Positions 1 through 12,044 of a DNA stretch of 64,000 nt are shown here, in pieces. Every line of letters begins with the position of its first letter. The first letter of the stretch is position 1. Position numbers and translations under genes: made by a program. This DNA is from Acidobacteriota bacterium (GTDB lineage Bacteria; Acidobacteriota; UBA6911; RPQK01; JAJDTT01): positions 2,464,001 to 2,528,000 of the forward strand of contig OZ253580.1 of the NCBI GenBank assembly GCA_965263035.1, read 5' to 3'. A model generated the notes under the pieces. The model searched no databases. It saw only the letters and a program-made list of their open reading frames with translations, and had not been told where the DNA came from.

Positions 1-3000
1 TCTCCTCGGGCGTGAGCTGGGTCTCTCCCTTGGGAGTCACCTTCCCGACCATGATGTCGCCGGGCCGGATCTTGGCTCCGATACGGACGATCCCGCTCTC
101 GTCCAAGTCCGCCAGGATCGACTCGCTCACGTTGGGAATGTCCCGAGTGATGTCCTCAGGACCCAATTTGGTGTCCCGGGACTCGATATCCAGCTCTTCG
201 ATGTGGACGGAGGTGTAGATGTCCTCCTTGACCAGCCTCTCGCTGACCAGAATGGCGTCTTCGAAGTTGTAGCCCCGCCAGGGCATGAACGCCGCCAGGA
301 CGTTTCGTCCCAGCGCCAGCTCCCCCTGGTCGGTGCAGGGTCCGTCCACCAGGATCTGACCCTTCCGGACCCGCTGTCCGATACGAACCAACGGCTTCTG
401 GTTGATGCAGGTGTTCTGGTTGGACCGGGCGAACTTGACCAGCTTGTAGATGTCGACACCAGCTCCCCGGCTCTCATCCACGTCCTGGCTGGTGACCCGC
501 ACGATGATTCGCTCGGCATCGACGCCGTCCACGATTCCGTCGCGCCGGCACAGGATGACGGCCCCCGAATCGCGGGCGGCGATGCGCTCCATACCGGTGC
601 CCACGAGCGGCGCCTCGGCCCGAACCAAGGGGACCGCCTGCCGCTGCATGTTGGCGCCCATCAGGGCCCGGTTGGCATCGTCGTGCTCCAGAAAGGGGAC
701 CAGGCTGGCCGCCACGCTGACCAACTGCTTGGGGCTGACGTCCACGTACTGGACCTCTTCCTTGGGAACGAAAACGAAGTTCCCCTCGTGGCGGGCGCTC
801 ACCCGGTCCCGGATCAGCCGGCCCTGATCGTCCACCTCCACGTTGGCCTGCGCCGTGACGTGCTTGTCGCCTTGCCAGGCGGTGAGGTAGAAGGCGTACG
901 GCTCGTACCGGACCGGCCGTTTCGCGCGGCCGCTCAACACCTTGTTGGTCTGCAGCACGTCCTCGTCCGGGTAGGCTTCGCCGATCTTGAACTCGCTGTC
1001 CCCCGAATCGCTGATCCGGACGTAGTCCACGATCCGGCTGTCCACGACCTTCCGGTAGGGGGACTCGATGAAGCCGAACTGGTCGATACGGGCGTAGCAG
1101 CTCAAGGAGGAGATCAGCCCGATGTTGGGCCCCTCCGGTGTTTCCACCGGACAGATCCGGCCGTAGTGGGACGGGTGGACGTCGCGCACCTCGAACCCCG
1201 CCCGCTCACGGCTGAGGCCGCCGGGGCCGAGGGCGGAGAGCCGCCGCTTGTGCGTGATCTCCGAAAGGGGGTTGGTCTGATCCATGAACTGGGAGAGCTG
1301 GCTGCTGCCGAAAAACTCCCGGATGGAGGCCGTCACCGGCTTGGCATTGATCAGGTCATGGGGCATGGCCGTGGTCATCTCCTGATGCACGGACATCTTT
1401 TCCTTGATGGCCCGCTCCATGCGCACCAGACCGATGCGGAACTGATTCTCCAGGAGCTCGCCCACGGCTCTGACCCGGCGGTTGCCCAGATGATCGATGT
1501 CGTCGGCAACTCCCAGGTTGTTCAGCAGCCTCATCAGGTAGTCGATGATCTGGCAGAAGTCGCTGGTGGAGAGGGTCCGCTCCTCGAGGGATATGTCCTG
1601 ACCCAGCTTGATGTTCAGCTTGAGGCGTCCCACACGCGAGAAGTCGTACCTTCTGCGATCCTGGAACATCCCCTTGAAGAGGGCCGTCGCCGTGTCCAGA
1701 GTGGGAGGGTCGCCGGGCCGCTGTTTCCGGTAGATCTCGATGAGGGCGTCGTCCCGGGTCTTGACCGCATCCTTCATGAGGGTCCCGGTCAATACCATCC
1801 CCACGTCGTCCGACTCCGGGTAGAAGACCACCAACTCCTCGATGCCCGCCTCGATGGCCCCGTTCACCGTACTCTCGGCGACGAAATTGTTGGATTCCAG
1901 CAGGATCTCACCCGTGCTGAGATCGACGACCTCCGCCGCCGCCTGGGCTCCCTTCAGATCGTCGATGCCGATCTCCACCTCATCCACGCCGGCCCGGAGC
2001 ATTCGCGTATAACTGGTCTGGCTGATCTTGCGTCCTGCCCTGACCAGATTGCGGTCCGAATTGGACGGGTCCGGGACGCCGTGGTTGGACCGGGTCCCGA
2101 TCAGCTTCTCATCCAGCTTCCGGAACAACCTGCCGTCCGATCCGACCCGGATCGTGGAGACGTGGTAGAAGGTTCGCAGGATGTCCTCGTCGGTCTCCAC
2201 GCCCAGGGCCCGCAAAAAAACGGTAGCCGGAAACTTCCGCTTCCGGTCGATCCTGACGTGGAGCTGGTTCTTGCCGTCGATCTCGAACTCCACCCAGGAG
2301 CCGCGGTAGGGGATGATCTTGGCCAGACAATTTTTCTTGGCGGGATTGTTTTCGAAGAAGACCCCGGGAGAGCGGTGCAGCTGGCTGACGATGACCCGCT
2401 CGGTCCCGTTGATGATGAAGAGCCCGTTCTCGGTCATCAGGGGGATGTCCCCGAAAAAGACCTCCTGCTCCTTGATGTCCCGAATCGTCCGGTCGTCGGT
2501 ATTCGGGTCCTTGTCCCAGACCACCAGCCGGATGGTGACGCGGAGCGGAACTGAATAGGTCATCCCCCGCTCCTTGCACTCGTCCAGGTTGTACTTGATG
2601 TTGAGCTGAACCGGATCGCCGCAGTCCTCGCAACGCTCCACCTCGTTGGGATTTCTGACGCCGCAACTGCGGCAGGTGATGTCGTCGACGCTGTACGGGT
2701 TCACCACCAGGGTCTCGCCGCAGCCGACGCAGGAACTCCGCAGATGCTTGATCCCGCTGAGCCGCCCACACTTGCACTCCCAGTTCCCGATGGAGTAGTC
2801 CACGAAGTCAAGCGAGGAAATGCCTCTGAAGTCGGCGATGGGAAATACCGAGCTGAAAACCGCCTGAAGGCCTATGTCCTCCCGCTCCGAGGGAAGCAGA
2901 TCCATCTGGAGAAATCGCTGATACGACTGCTTCTGGACCTCGAGCAGGTTGGGAATCGGGAAAACGGTCCTGATCTTGGAAAAATCGACACGATCTCCAT

Positions 3001-3025
3001 TGACACTCTCAACGAGTTCAGACAT
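1..3025 (-). CDS. rpoB: RNA polymerase beta subunit, 5' part (runs off the window start)
   Basis: Manual translation from ATG 3025 (GGGAG RBS) gives [35 protein letters not shown], then [30 protein letters not shown] and [11 protein letters not shown]; follows rplL. Absent from the ORF track because its stop lies outside the window. Confidence 0.98.
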   Translation of the reverse strand, partial: MSELVESVNGDRVDFSKIRTVFPIPNLLEVQKQSYQRFLQMDLLPSEREDIGLQAVFSSVFPIADFRGISSLDFVDYSIGNWECKCGRLSGIKHLRSSCVGCGETLVVNPYSVDDITCRSCGVRNPNEVERCEDCGDPVQLNIKYNLDECKERGMTYSVPLRVTIRLVVWDKDPNTDDRTIRDIKEQEVFFGDIPLMTENGLFIINGTERVIVSQLHRSPGVFFENNPAKKNCLAKIIPYRGSWVEFEIDGKNQLHVRIDRKRKFPATVFLRALGVETDEDILRTFYHVSTIRVGSDGRLFRKLDEKLIGTRSNHGVPDPSNSDRNLVRAGRKISQTSYTRMLRAGVDEVEIGIDDLKGAQAAAEVVDLSTGEILLESNNFVAESTVNGAIEAGIEELVVFYPESDDVGMVLTGTLMKDAVKTRDDALIEIYRKQRPGDPPTLDTATALFKGMFQDRRRYDFSRVGRLKLNIKLGQDISLEERTLSTSDFCQIIDYLMRLLNNLGVADDIDHLGNRRVRAVGELLENQFRIGLVRMERAIKEKMSVHQEMTTAMPHDLINAKPVTASIREFFGSSQLSQFMDQTNPLSEITHKRRLSALGPGGLSRERAGFEVRDVHPSHYGRICPVETPEGPNIGLISSLSCYARIDQFGFIESPYRKVVDSRIVDYVRISDSGDSEFKIGEAYPDEDVLQTNKVLSGRAKRPVRYEPYAFYLTAWQGDKHVTAQANVEVDDQGRLIRDRVSARHEGNFVFVPKEEVQYVDVSPKQLVSVAASLVPFLEHDDANRALMGANMQRQAVPLVRAEAPLVGTGMERIAARDSGAVILCRRDGIVDGVDAERIIVRVTSQDVDESRGAGVDIYKLVKFARSNQNTCINQKPLVRIGQRVRKGQILVDGPCTDQGELALGRNVLAAFMPWRGYNFEDAILVSERLVKEDIYTSVHIEELDIESRDTKLGPEDITRDIPNVSESILADLDESGIVRIGAKIRPGDIMVGKVTPKGETQLTPEE

Positions 3026-3227
3026 GCGCATAAACTCCCAGGTTGGTCCGACCGCGCCCAGTCAACGGGAAACTTCTCCCAATACCCAGTAGGCGCTACG
3101 AAAAATTCCGGGCAATGGAACATGCTCGCCCTGCCGGCGAGAGAGACGAGGGAATCGGGGCGCTTTTCCGGTCTCGGGGGAGACCCTTGACACGAGCCGT
3201 CGGTCCGCCCCCCCGACAGGCCCGCTT

Positions 3228-3605
3228 CTACTTGAGCTCGACGGTCGCGCCGGCGTCCTCGAAGAGCTTCTTGATCTTCTCGGCTTCTTCCTTCTCCACG
3301 GCTTCGCGAACCGCCTTGGGGGCACTCTCCACCAGGTCCTTGGCTTCCTTCAGTCCCAAAGTTGTGACCTGGCGGACCACCTTGATGACATTGATCTTCT
3401 TGGCTCCGTAGGAGGTGAGGACCACGTCGAATTCGGTCTGCTCCTCGACGGCCTCGGCTGCGGCCCCCGGGCCGGCCGCGGCGACGGGAGCCGCCATGGC
3501 GGCGCTGATCCCGAATTTCTCCTCCATGTCCTTGACGAGCTGATTGATCTCGAGGATTGACGCGTTGCCAATCCACTCCAGAATTTGTTCACTGGTAATG
3601 GACAT
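3228..3605 (-). CDS. rplL: 50S ribosomal protein L7/L12
   Basis: [31 protein letters not shown] motifs; synteny. Confidence 0.98.
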   Translation of the reverse strand: MSITSEQILEWIGNASILEINQLVKDMEEKFGISAAMAAPVAAAGPGAAAEAVEEQTEFDVVLTSYGAKKINVIKVVRQVTTLGLKEAKDLVESAPKAVREAVEKEEAEKIKKLFEDAGATVELK

Positions 3606-3646
3606 TTCTCTTTACCTCCGATGAGGGACCTGACGGTCCTTTCCAA

Positions 3647-4168
3647 TTACGCTTCCTCTTTCTGCCCGACCACCTGTTTCAGCAGAAATCCCAACTCGGC
3701 AAGTGGGGACTGCAGGGTGCTGGCGAGGCGAGTCAGCGGAGCATTGAACAAAAAGGCAACCTTGGCCAGGAGCTCTTCCCGCGAGGGCATGTCGGCCAGT
3801 TCCGCCACCTGGTCGGCCAGCACGGTCTGCCCTGCAACCACTCCCGACTTGAATTTCATGCCCGGATGGGTATTGCCGAATTCCTTGAGGATCTTGGCCA
3901 GGGCGGTGGGATCCGAATCCGAAAAGGCCACCGCCGTGGGTCCTTGGAAGTCGTCGTTCAACTGGCTGACGGGGGTTTCTTCGGCGGCCCGGATGGCCAG
4001 GGTGTTCTTGACCACCGTGTAACCGTTGCCCGCTTCCCTGATCTGCCTCCGCAACACGGTCAGATCCGGAACGTTGACTTCCGAGAACGTCAACAGCAGA
4101 ACGGTCTGGTTCTGCCGGAAGGTTTGCCTGAGTGCCTCGATGATCTGTCTTTTTTCGTCCCGTGTCAC
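3647..4168 (-). CDS. rplJ: 50S ribosomal protein L10
   Basis: VVKNTLA, GPTAVAF, MPSREELLAK; between rplA and rplL. Confidence 0.97.
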   Translation of the reverse strand: MTRDEKRQIIEALRQTFRQNQTVLLLTFSEVNVPDLTVLRRQIREAGNGYTVVKNTLAIRAAEETPVSQLNDDFQGPTAVAFSDSDPTALAKILKEFGNTHPGMKFKSGVVAGQTVLADQVAELADMPSREELLAKVAFLFNAPLTRLASTLQSPLAELGFLLKQVVGQKEEA

Positions 4169-4271
4169 TACGATCTGCCTCTTCTCTTCAGGCGGGGTCC
4201 CGCGGGGTCCGATCCGGGCCGCCGGTGCCGCCGGACAACCCGGTCCGGCGCCCGCAGCCTGGGGTTCGCCC

Positions 4272-4961
4272 CTACGTCACCTCCACACGGTTGGCGTCCA
4301 CCTTCACCCCGGGACTCATGGTGGACGATAGGTAGATGGTCCTGAGGTACCGTCCCTTGGCCGACGCCGGCCTGGCCCGAACCACCGCCGTGATCAGACT
4401 GTCGGCGTTGTTGACCAAGTGGTCGGCGGAGAATGAAATCTGCCCCAGGGGGGCATGGATGACGCCGTTCCGGTCCACCCGGAACTCCACCTTTCCGGCC
4501 TTGATCTCCCGCACGGCATGGCCCACGTCGAAAGTGACGGTGCCCGCCTTGGGATTGGGCATCATCCCGCGGGGACCCAGGATCCTTCCCAGTCTCCCCA
4601 CCAGCTTCATCATGTCGGGGGTCGCCACCATGGCATCGAAGCCGAGCCAACCCTTCTGGATGCGCTCCACGATCTCGTCGCCGCCCACATGATCGGCGCC
4701 CGCTTCCTCCGCCTCCCTCACCCTCTCTCCCGAGGCGACCACGCAGACGGTGAGGGCTTTGCCCAGACCGTGAGGCAACACGACCGTGCCCCGGACCATC
4801 TGGTCCGCGTGCCGGGGATCGACGCCGAGACGGAGTGCGATCTCCAAGGTCTCGTCGAAACTGGTGAACTTGATCCGCTGCAGGAGTTGAATCGCATCCT
4901 CCAGCGAGTATTCCCGGGGTTCGACCTTCTTCTTCGCTTCCAGGTATTTCTTTCCAGCCAT
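4272..4961 (-). CDS. rplA: 50S ribosomal protein L1
   Basis: [39 protein letters not shown]. Confidence 0.98.
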   Translation of the reverse strand: MAGKKYLEAKKKVEPREYSLEDAIQLLQRIKFTSFDETLEIALRLGVDPRHADQMVRGTVVLPHGLGKALTVCVVASGERVREAEEAGADHVGGDEIVERIQKGWLGFDAMVATPDMMKLVGRLGRILGPRGMMPNPKAGTVTFDVGHAVREIKAGKVEFRVDRNGVIHAPLGQISFSADHLVNNADSLITAVVRARPASAKGRYLRTIYLSSTMSPGVKVDANRVEVT

Positions 4962-4977
4962 CCGGCAATGCTCCTGA

Positions 4978-5415
4978 CTACTGACTGACCTCTACTCCCA
5001 TGCTCCGGGCCGTTCCCAGGATGATCCGCTTGGCCGCCTCCATGTCGCCGGCGTTCAGATCGGGCATCTTGAGCTGGGCAATCTCTTCCACCTGCCCCAT
5101 GGTCACCTCGGCGACCTTGCTCTTGTTGGGCTCGGGCGAACCCTTGGCGATTCCGGCGGCGCGTTTCAACAGGACCGCGGCCGGCGGCGTCTTGGTGATG
5201 AAGCTGTAGCTCCGATCGTGGTACACCGTGATGACCACGGGAATGATCAACCCTTCGTCGGAGCTGGTCTTGGCGTTGAAGGCCTTGCAGAAATCCATGA
5301 TGTTGACGCCCTGCTGACCCAGGGCCGGCCCCACCGGGGGAGCCGGAGTCGCCTTGCCGGCCGGGATCTGGAGCTTGACCATTCCCATAACCCGCTTGCC
5401 TCTGACTTTGGCCAT
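4978..5415 (-). CDS. rplK: 50S ribosomal protein L11
   Basis: [29 protein letters not shown]. Confidence 0.98.
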   Translation of the reverse strand: MAKVRGKRVMGMVKLQIPAGKATPAPPVGPALGQQGVNIMDFCKAFNAKTSSDEGLIIPVVITVYHDRSYSFITKTPPAAVLLKRAAGIAKGSPEPNKSKVAEVTMGQVEEIAQLKMPDLNAGDMEAAKRIILGTARSMGVEVSQ

Positions 5416-5436
5416 TTTTTTCTCCTATTTTCTCAG

Positions 5437-5586
5437 GGAGCCCGGCGGTTGGAAACCGCCGCTCCCGGGCGGCGACAAGAAAGCCGCCGCTCCCATTCGG
5501 CGGCAAGAAAGCCGCCGCTCCCATGGAGCCCGGCGGCTGGAAACCGCCGCTCCCGGGGAGTCCGGCGGTTGGAAACCGCCGCTCCT
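5437..5586. repeat. REP cluster (five hairpins) between nusG and rplK
   Basis: GGCGG(T/C)TGGAAACCGCCGCTCC three times and GGCG(A/G)CAAGAAAGCCGCCGCTCCC twice. Confidence 0.9.
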
Positions 5587-5591
5587 GCTCC

Positions 5592-6146
5592 TCACAGCTT
5601 CTCCACCTGTATGAACTCCAACTCCACCGGCGTCGGCCGCCCGAAGATGGTCACCATGACCTTCAATGTGCTTCGATCCACATTCACGTCGTCGACCTCG
5701 CCCGTGAAATTGGAGAACGGGCCATCGATGATCTTGACCAGGTCGTCCTTTTCGAACATGAACTTGGGCTTGGGCTTCTCGGCGGCCGTCGACACCCTCT
5801 GAACCACCTGGTTGACCTCTTCCTCGGTCAGGGGTGTGGGCTTGTTTCCCTGGCTGACGAAGCCGCTCACCTTGGGCGTGTTGCGGACCAGGTGCCAAGT
5901 TTCGTCGGTCAGTTCCATCTCCACCAGGATGTATCCGGGAAAAAAGAGTTTGGAAGTGACGACCTTCTTGCCGCCGCGCATCTCCACCACGTCCTCGGTG
6001 GGAATCAGGATCTGACCGATCATTTCCTGCAGACCGTAGGCCTGCACCCGGTTCATGAGCCCTTCGGCCACCTTCCGCTCGAAGCCGGAATAGGTGTGGA
6101 TGATGTACCACTTCTTACTGAGTACGGATTCGCCCGAGTCACCCAT
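5592..6146 (-). CDS. nusG: Transcription termination/antitermination factor NusG
   Basis: WYIIHTYSGFE, FFPGYILVEM, IFGRPTPVEL; ATG 6146 with GGAGG RBS. Confidence 0.97.
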   Translation of the reverse strand: MGDSGESVLSKKWYIIHTYSGFERKVAEGLMNRVQAYGLQEMIGQILIPTEDVVEMRGGKKVVTSKLFFPGYILVEMELTDETWHLVRNTPKVSGFVSQGNKPTPLTEEEVNQVVQRVSTAAEKPKPKFMFEKDDLVKIIDGPFSNFTGEVDDVNVDRSTLKVMVTIFGRPTPVELEFIQVEKL

Positions 6147-6244
6147 GGCATCCTCCAACGGCGAACCCTCCTTCCCTCTGGTTGCGGAGACGGTCGTCCC
6201 GCTCCGCGGCATCCCCGACCTGACGCCGGGGAAAGCGATTCCAT

Positions 6245-6460
6245 TTACCGGAAAAACTCGAACACCCTGTCCACGAGATTGCTCAGAATCATGTCCACGA
6301 GGAAGAGATAGAACCCGAAGAAGAAGACACTGATCAACACCACGGTCGTGGTCCCGTAGACCTCGTTGCGGCCGGGCCAAGTGACCCTTCGCAACTCCTT
6401 CTTAACGTCATAGTAAAAGGTTTTCAACCTCGCCGGGGCAGTCGTGAGTTTTTCCAACAT
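6245..6460 (-). CDS. secE: Preprotein translocase subunit SecE
   Basis: ELRRVTWP motif plus one TM segment; between tRNA-Trp and nusG. Confidence 0.95.
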   Translation of the reverse strand: MLEKLTTAPARLKTFYYDVKKELRRVTWPGRNEVYGTTTVVLISVFFFGFYLFLVDMILSNLVDRVFEFFR

Positions 6461-6496
6461 GACGGTTCCGGACCACAGCCACGCAGGGTCCCAAAT

Positions 6497-6574
6497 TGGC
6501 AGGCCAGGAGGGAATCGAACCCCCAACATCCGGTTTTGGAGACCGGCGCTCTACCAACTTTGAGCTACTGGCCT
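6497..6574 (-). tRNA. tRNA-Trp(CCA)
   Basis: AGGCCAG/CTGGCCT acceptor stem, anticodon CCA, GTTCGA T-loop, encoded CCA end. Confidence 0.96.
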
Positions 6575-6586
6575 ATTGAATATCAT

Positions 6587-6736
6587 TTATCGCGCCTCGC
6601 GGTGTGCCACGTGGCGACGACACCAACTGCAATATTTTCTCAGCTCGAGCCGCACGCGCTGAGTCTTCCTGTTCTTGGTCGTACTATAGTTCTTCCTGTG
6701 GCAAGCGGTGCATCGGAGGGTGATGATATCGCGCAT
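6587..6736 (-). CDS. rpmG: 50S ribosomal protein L33 (Zn-binding C+ form)
   Basis: Manual translation MRDIITLRCTACHRKNYSTTKNRKTQRVRLELRKYCSWCRRHVAHREAR; 49 aa, below the ORF-track cutoff. Confidence 0.96.
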   Translation of the reverse strand: MRDIITLRCTACHRKNYSTTKNRKTQRVRLELRKYCSWCRRHVAHREAR

Positions 6737-6740
6737 CGGC

Positions 6741-7928
<1,188 letters not shown>

Positions 7929-7967
7929 GATGGAACTCCTGAATCAGCCTTGCCTGGTCAGTTGGAA

Positions 7968-8039
<72 letters not shown>

Positions 8040-8079
8040 ACATACCCGTCTCCCCGGTTTCTGTCCACGTGGCCACTGT

Positions 8080-8155
8080 TGGAGCGGGAGACGGGACTCG
8101 AACCCGCGACCGATAGCTTGGAAGGCTATTACTCTACCAACTGAGTTACTCCCGC
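8080..8155 (-). tRNA. tRNA-Gly(TCC)
   Basis: GCGGGAG acceptor stem, anticodon loop CTTCCAA, encoded CCA. Confidence 0.96.
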
Positions 8156-8218
8156 CCTCGACCGTATGCGAAAAATCGAGTCCGTTCTCTCTAGATCCCG
8201 GAAGGGCGGCTTCTGGTC

Positions 8219-8303
8219 TGGAGGGGGCAGGATTCGAACCTGCGTAGCCCCGAAGGGCGACGGGTTTACAGCCCGTTGCCTTTATCCACTCGACCACCCC
8301 TCC
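8219..8303 (-). tRNA. tRNA-Tyr(GTA)
   Basis: GGAGGGG/CCCCTCC acceptor stem, loop CTGTAAA, long variable arm. Confidence 0.95.
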
Positions 8304-8512
8304 TCATTGCATTCGGGGAATTCCTGATCCCCATCCGCCCCGTGGTGTCGCTCCTGCCAGTGCACCCCACCTTCCTGCAAAGCAGTCCCATTGCCAGGGA
8401 GGATACGGGAAGTGCCAAATTATACGCACTTCGGGGACCATATTCAAACTGAAAAATGGACGAACTGAGGCCGCCATTCCCGGCACCCGAGGGTAACCTT
8501 GCTGCGAGGGCG

Positions 8513-8584
8513 AGCTGGCGAAGGGAATCGAACCCCCAACCTACTGATTACAAATCAGTTGCTCTACCCTTGAGCTACGCCAGC
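8513..8584 (-). tRNA. tRNA-Thr(TGT)
   Basis: GCTGGCG/CGCCAGC acceptor stem, loop TTTGTAA. Confidence 0.95.
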
Positions 8585-8707
8585 TCACTGTAGAAGTGAC
8601 TAGCGGAGCACCCTATCAGCCCCTGGCATGCGGTGCAACCGAGTCGCTTTCGCTCGCCGAGGAAATGAGGAAAGAGGAAATAGGAAAGAGTGGAGAGCGT
8701 GCATTTG

Positions 8708-9820
8708 TCACTTGGGTGGAGATCTCCACACTTCTCTTTCCTCTTTTCTCCTTTCTCTTTTCTCTCTTTTCTCGTCTTCGACGTCGCCGAAGGCCAGGCG
8801 GAAGGCGGAGATGCGGAAGCGGAACAGGTGGCGGCAGAATTCCAGGTCCCCGATCTTGCGGGCGGACCGGATCCGGCGGCGTTTGCGCAACATCCGGCCC
8901 GCTCCGGCCAGGGCGTCCCGGTAGGCCCGAACCTGGACCCGGAGCAGGAGCCACAAGGAGCCTCCCCGGCGGAAGTTGCCGGCGGGCCCCCGGCGGAGCA
9001 GAGCGGCACAGAAATTCCAGGCCAGACGATAGATGGAGAAGAAGGGGTTCAGGAGCAGCAGGGGGAGGGGGAAGTTCTTGAGCACCAGCCAGAGCCGGTT
9101 CCGCTCCACCCAGTAGATCTTCCGGGGAGAGTAGGGGCCCAGGGTCGAGGAGTGATGGTGGTGCACCACCGCCCCGGGCACATAGAGGCAACGCCAACCC
9201 AGCCAGCGGGCCCGAAGCCCCAGGTCGGCGTCCTCCGCGTAGGCGAAGAAGCTCTCGTCGAAGCCGCCGACCTCTTCCAGAACCTGCTTGCGGTACAGAG
9301 CGGCGCACCCGTCGGCCGCGAGGACCTCTTGAGTCGCGTCGTACTGGCCCCGGTCGCGTTCGCCGGTTCCCCGGCCCCGGTTCTGGCCGTCCGGAAAAAT
9401 GAGGTGCCCCGCCTTGTCAATGACGTCGGACCCGTGAAAGAGGATCTTGGAGGCGCACATGCCGACCTCCGCTGAGGCGCCGATCCCGGACAGCAGTCGT
9501 TCGACCCATTTTGGAGACGCCACGGCGTCGTTATTAAGCAGAGCCACCAGTTCGCCCCGGGCCTGGCGGACTCCCAGGTTGACGGCGGCGGCGAAACCTC
9601 GATTCTCAGGGAGAGACAGAAGACGCACCCCGCGGCCGGCAAAGGAGGCGACGACGTCCGTGCTGTGGTCCTGGGACCCGTTGTCGACCACGAGGATCTC
9701 CAGACGAGGCCAGGTCTGGTCCAGGAGGGATTGCAGGCAGGCGCGGAGCAACTCGGCTCGGCCGTAATTCACCACGACGACGGAAACAAGTTTCCTATTG
9801 CGGTCCGGAGAATCGGCCAA
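8708..9820 (-). CDS. Glycosyltransferase family 2
   Basis: VSVVVVNY, VVDNGSQD, LLNNDA, GFDESFFAYAEDADL. Confidence 0.93.
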   Translation of the reverse strand: MADSPDRNRKLVSVVVVNYGRAELLRACLQSLLDQTWPRLEILVVDNGSQDHSTDVVASFAGRGVRLLSLPENRGFAAAVNLGVRQARGELVALLNNDAVASPKWVERLLSGIGASAEVGMCASKILFHGSDVIDKAGHLIFPDGQNRGRGTGERDRGQYDATQEVLAADGCAALYRKQVLEEVGGFDESFFAYAEDADLGLRARWLGWRCLYVPGAVVHHHHSSTLGPYSPRKIYWVERNRLWLVLKNFPLPLLLLNPFFSIYRLAWNFCAALLRRGPAGNFRRGGSLWLLLRVQVRAYRDALAGAGRMLRKRRRIRSARKIGDLEFCRHLFRFRISAFRLAFGDVEDEKREKRERRKEEREVWRSPPK

Positions 9821-9848
9821 CTGTCATCGACCCAGAATGCTAGCGGGC

Positions 9849-10292
9849 TCAGACAACCTTGCGTCCTTTTCCCACGAAGTGCTCGCGGAGCACGTCGACG
9901 TTGCCTTCGACCCGAGCGATGCGGTCGCCGAGCGATGCTTCGACCTTGGCGATGCGTTCCGTAAGGGATACTTCGACCTGAGCGATGCGTTCCCTAAGGG
10001 ACACCTCGACCTGAGCGATGCGTTCCGTAAGGGATACCTCGGCCTGAGCGATGCGCTCCCTAAGGGACACCTCGACCTGCCCAATTCGTTCCGTGAGCGA
10101 GACTTCGACCCGGACAATGCGGTCACGGTTTTTGCCGATTTCACGGGTGGCGTCACGCAGGTCCGAGCGAATGCCCGCCAATTGTACGTTGAGATCCCGG
10201 CGGCTGGCCCGGAATTGGGTGAGGATGAGGCCGGTGGCGGTCAGGATGAGGCCACCGAGCGAAACGATGATGATCGTGATTTCGAACGTCAT
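9849..10292 (-). CDS. Small single-TM coiled-coil protein with 11-aa tandem repeats
   Basis: Hydrophobic N-terminus, (VEVSLxERIAQ)n encoded by 33-bp repeats, RVEG C-terminal motif. Confidence 0.8.
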   Translation of the reverse strand: MTFEITIIIVSLGGLILTATGLILTQFRASRRDLNVQLAGIRSDLRDATREIGKNRDRIVRVEVSLTERIGQVEVSLRERIAQAEVSLTERIAQVEVSLRERIAQVEVSLTERIAKVEASLGDRIARVEGNVDVLREHFVGKGRKVV

Positions 10293-10398
10293 TGAAACAC
10301 TCCCTGCAAGTCTACTCTCCCGGAGCCGAATTGGACAATTCCCGTTTTCGGTCAGTGCAATCCGCGTGCCAGGGGAAATGGGAGGTGGTCCCGACGTC

Positions 10399-11373
10399 CT
10401 ATTCGGCAGTCGCGAAGATCGTCACCGTGGCGCCCCGTCCCAGGGCCGCCTCCATTGCGGCCAGCGGCTGGGCCAGGATCAGCAGTCCGAAATAGACGGC
10501 CTCCTTCACCGAGAACCCAAGGGTCCGCGCCTTCTTCTTCTCCCGCAACAGGCGCACCTTCTGGGACATGGGGTCGAGGGCCGGAAAGAGGCTGGAGACC
10601 AGGCCGGCGGCGTTGTCGCGCAGGGAGAAGTGGCGGACCCGGCGAACCCGAAAGCCGGCGCGGCCGAGCAGTTCCACCAGTGCCCGCGCCGTGAAGTTGT
10701 GAATATGGCGGGGACAGTCCAGCCCGTACCACCGGGAGCCCAGGAGCGCCGCCTGGATGCTGTGGCTGTTGGGAACCTGGACCACCAGCCCGCCACCTTC
10801 GGTCAGGAGCCCACGAATTCGCCGCAGGTAGTGCAAGGGCCGGGGCAGATGCTCCAGGACGTGAAATAGCGTCAGTACGTGGAAGGTGGCGCCGCTTCGG
10901 ATCAGATCCCGCTCGTCTCCCACCACCACCCGGCCCGGCAGGATCTTCTCGGCCGCCTTTCCCGCTTCCGGGGAAGCCTCCAGTCCCTTCACCTGATACC
11001 CGGCCTCCTGAGCCAGCTTCAGGAAGCTGCCGCTACCGCAGCCGATGTCCAGGAGGCGGCGTCCGTTCCCCGGCGGGGCCACCGAGAGGACGAAGCGCAA
11101 ATGGTCGTGCCGGAGGACCCACTCCCGGTAAAGACCCTCCACGCCCCGGGGATCCCCTTCCGGGTCCCACCAGTAGCCGGGCGGGTAGAAGCCGGGGATC
11201 CGGTCCTCAACCTCAGCCGCCCGCTGGAAGCGGAGGCCGCAGCCGGGACAGTGGTAGAGGGGAAACGCCTCGCGGGCGACCTGGAAGAACCGGTCCTCCA
11301 GGCGGCGCCAGAATCGGCAACGGGGATACCGGCAGACGGGACAGGGCAGAAAGGCGTCCGGATCCACGCTCAT
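10399..11373 (-). CDS. Class I SAM-dependent methyltransferase with N-terminal Cys motifs
   Basis: CPVC and CPGC, LLDIGCGSG, FHVLEHL, VQVPN; ATG 11373 overlaps the upstream stop. Confidence 0.9.
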   Translation of the reverse strand: MSVDPDAFLPCPVCRYPRCRFWRRLEDRFFQVAREAFPLYHCPGCGLRFQRAAEVEDRIPGFYPPGYWWDPEGDPRGVEGLYREWVLRHDHLRFVLSVAPPGNGRRLLDIGCGSGSFLKLAQEAGYQVKGLEASPEAGKAAEKILPGRVVVGDERDLIRSGATFHVLTLFHVLEHLPRPLHYLRRIRGLLTEGGGLVVQVPNSHSIQAALLGSRWYGLDCPRHIHNFTARALVELLGRAGFRVRRVRHFSLRDNAAGLVSSLFPALDPMSQKVRLLREKKKARTLGFSVKEAVYFGLLILAQPLAAMEAALGRGATVTIFATAE

Positions 11374-12044
11374 CCCCCGAGCCGTTTCCTGAAGAGGAAG
11401 ACCAGATTGCTCCAACCGTCTCTCCAGGGTCGGAGCTTCTTCTCTCCGGCACGGTTCGAGTAGTTGATGGGGATCTCCTTGAACCCGATCCGGGAGTGGC
11501 GCATGGCTTCGATCTTGATCTCCTCGGAGAAGGCCATCCCATCGCTGACGAGGTTCATGTTCTCCAACGCCTCCCGATAGAAGATCCACATCCCCGACTG
11601 GGAGTCCCGGACCCGGCGCAGGAACAGGACCGAGAGCGCCAGGCTCAGGCACTTGTTTCCGATGAAGCTCTTCCAGGACATGGCCTCGCGGTTCTGCATC
11701 GGAAACCGGGAGGCCGAGACGAAGCCCACGCCGGATCCGATGAGCGCTTCGATCAGATAGGAGAGGGAGTCGGCCGGGTAGGAGTGGTCCCCGTCCAGGG
11801 TCACGATGATGTCCCCCTGGGCGTGGAGCAGACCCGTCTTGTAGGCGCGGCCATACCCGCGCACGTCCTCCCGAATCACGCGGGCGCCCAAACGCGCGGC
11901 GATTTGCGCCGTGTCGTCGGTGGACCCGTTGTCCACCACGATGACCTCGTCCACGAACCGGGGGATCCGCTCCAGGACCATGCGGATCCCCTCCTCCTCA
12001 TTGAGGCAGGGGATGACGACGGTGATCTTGTGATCTCGATACAT
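11370..12044 (-). CDS. GT2 glycosyltransferase, DPM1-like
   Basis: VVIPCLNEE, VDNGSTD, GYGRA, LDGDHSY, DSQSG. Confidence 0.9.
   Translation of the reverse strand: MYRDHKITVVIPCLNEEEGIRMVLERIPRFVDEVIVVDNGSTDDTAQIAARLGARVIREDVRGYGRAYKTGLLHAQGDIIVTLDGDHSYPADSLSYLIEALIGSGVGFVSASRFPMQNREAMSWKSFIGNKCLSLALSVLFLRRVRDSQSGMWIFYREALENMNLVSDGMAFSEEIKIEAMRHSRIGFKEIPINYSNRAGEKKLRPWRDGWSNLVFLFRKRLGG

Noticed and set aside
203-2554. 783-aa plus-strand ORF and similar long antisense ORFs (6708-7994, 36795-39269, 46599-48227)
   Set aside because: Shadow frames of rpoB, tuf, the adhesin and the SGNH gene, expected in GC-rich DNA.
4170-4270. L10 leader RNA
   Set aside because: Position fits and the region is GC-structured, but I could not find the conserved core motif by eye.
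9900-10120. 33-bp tandem repeats as CRISPR or a DGR template/variable pair (also 53170-53345)
   Set aside because: In-frame coding repeats without spacers, no adenine-specific variation, and no RT nearby.
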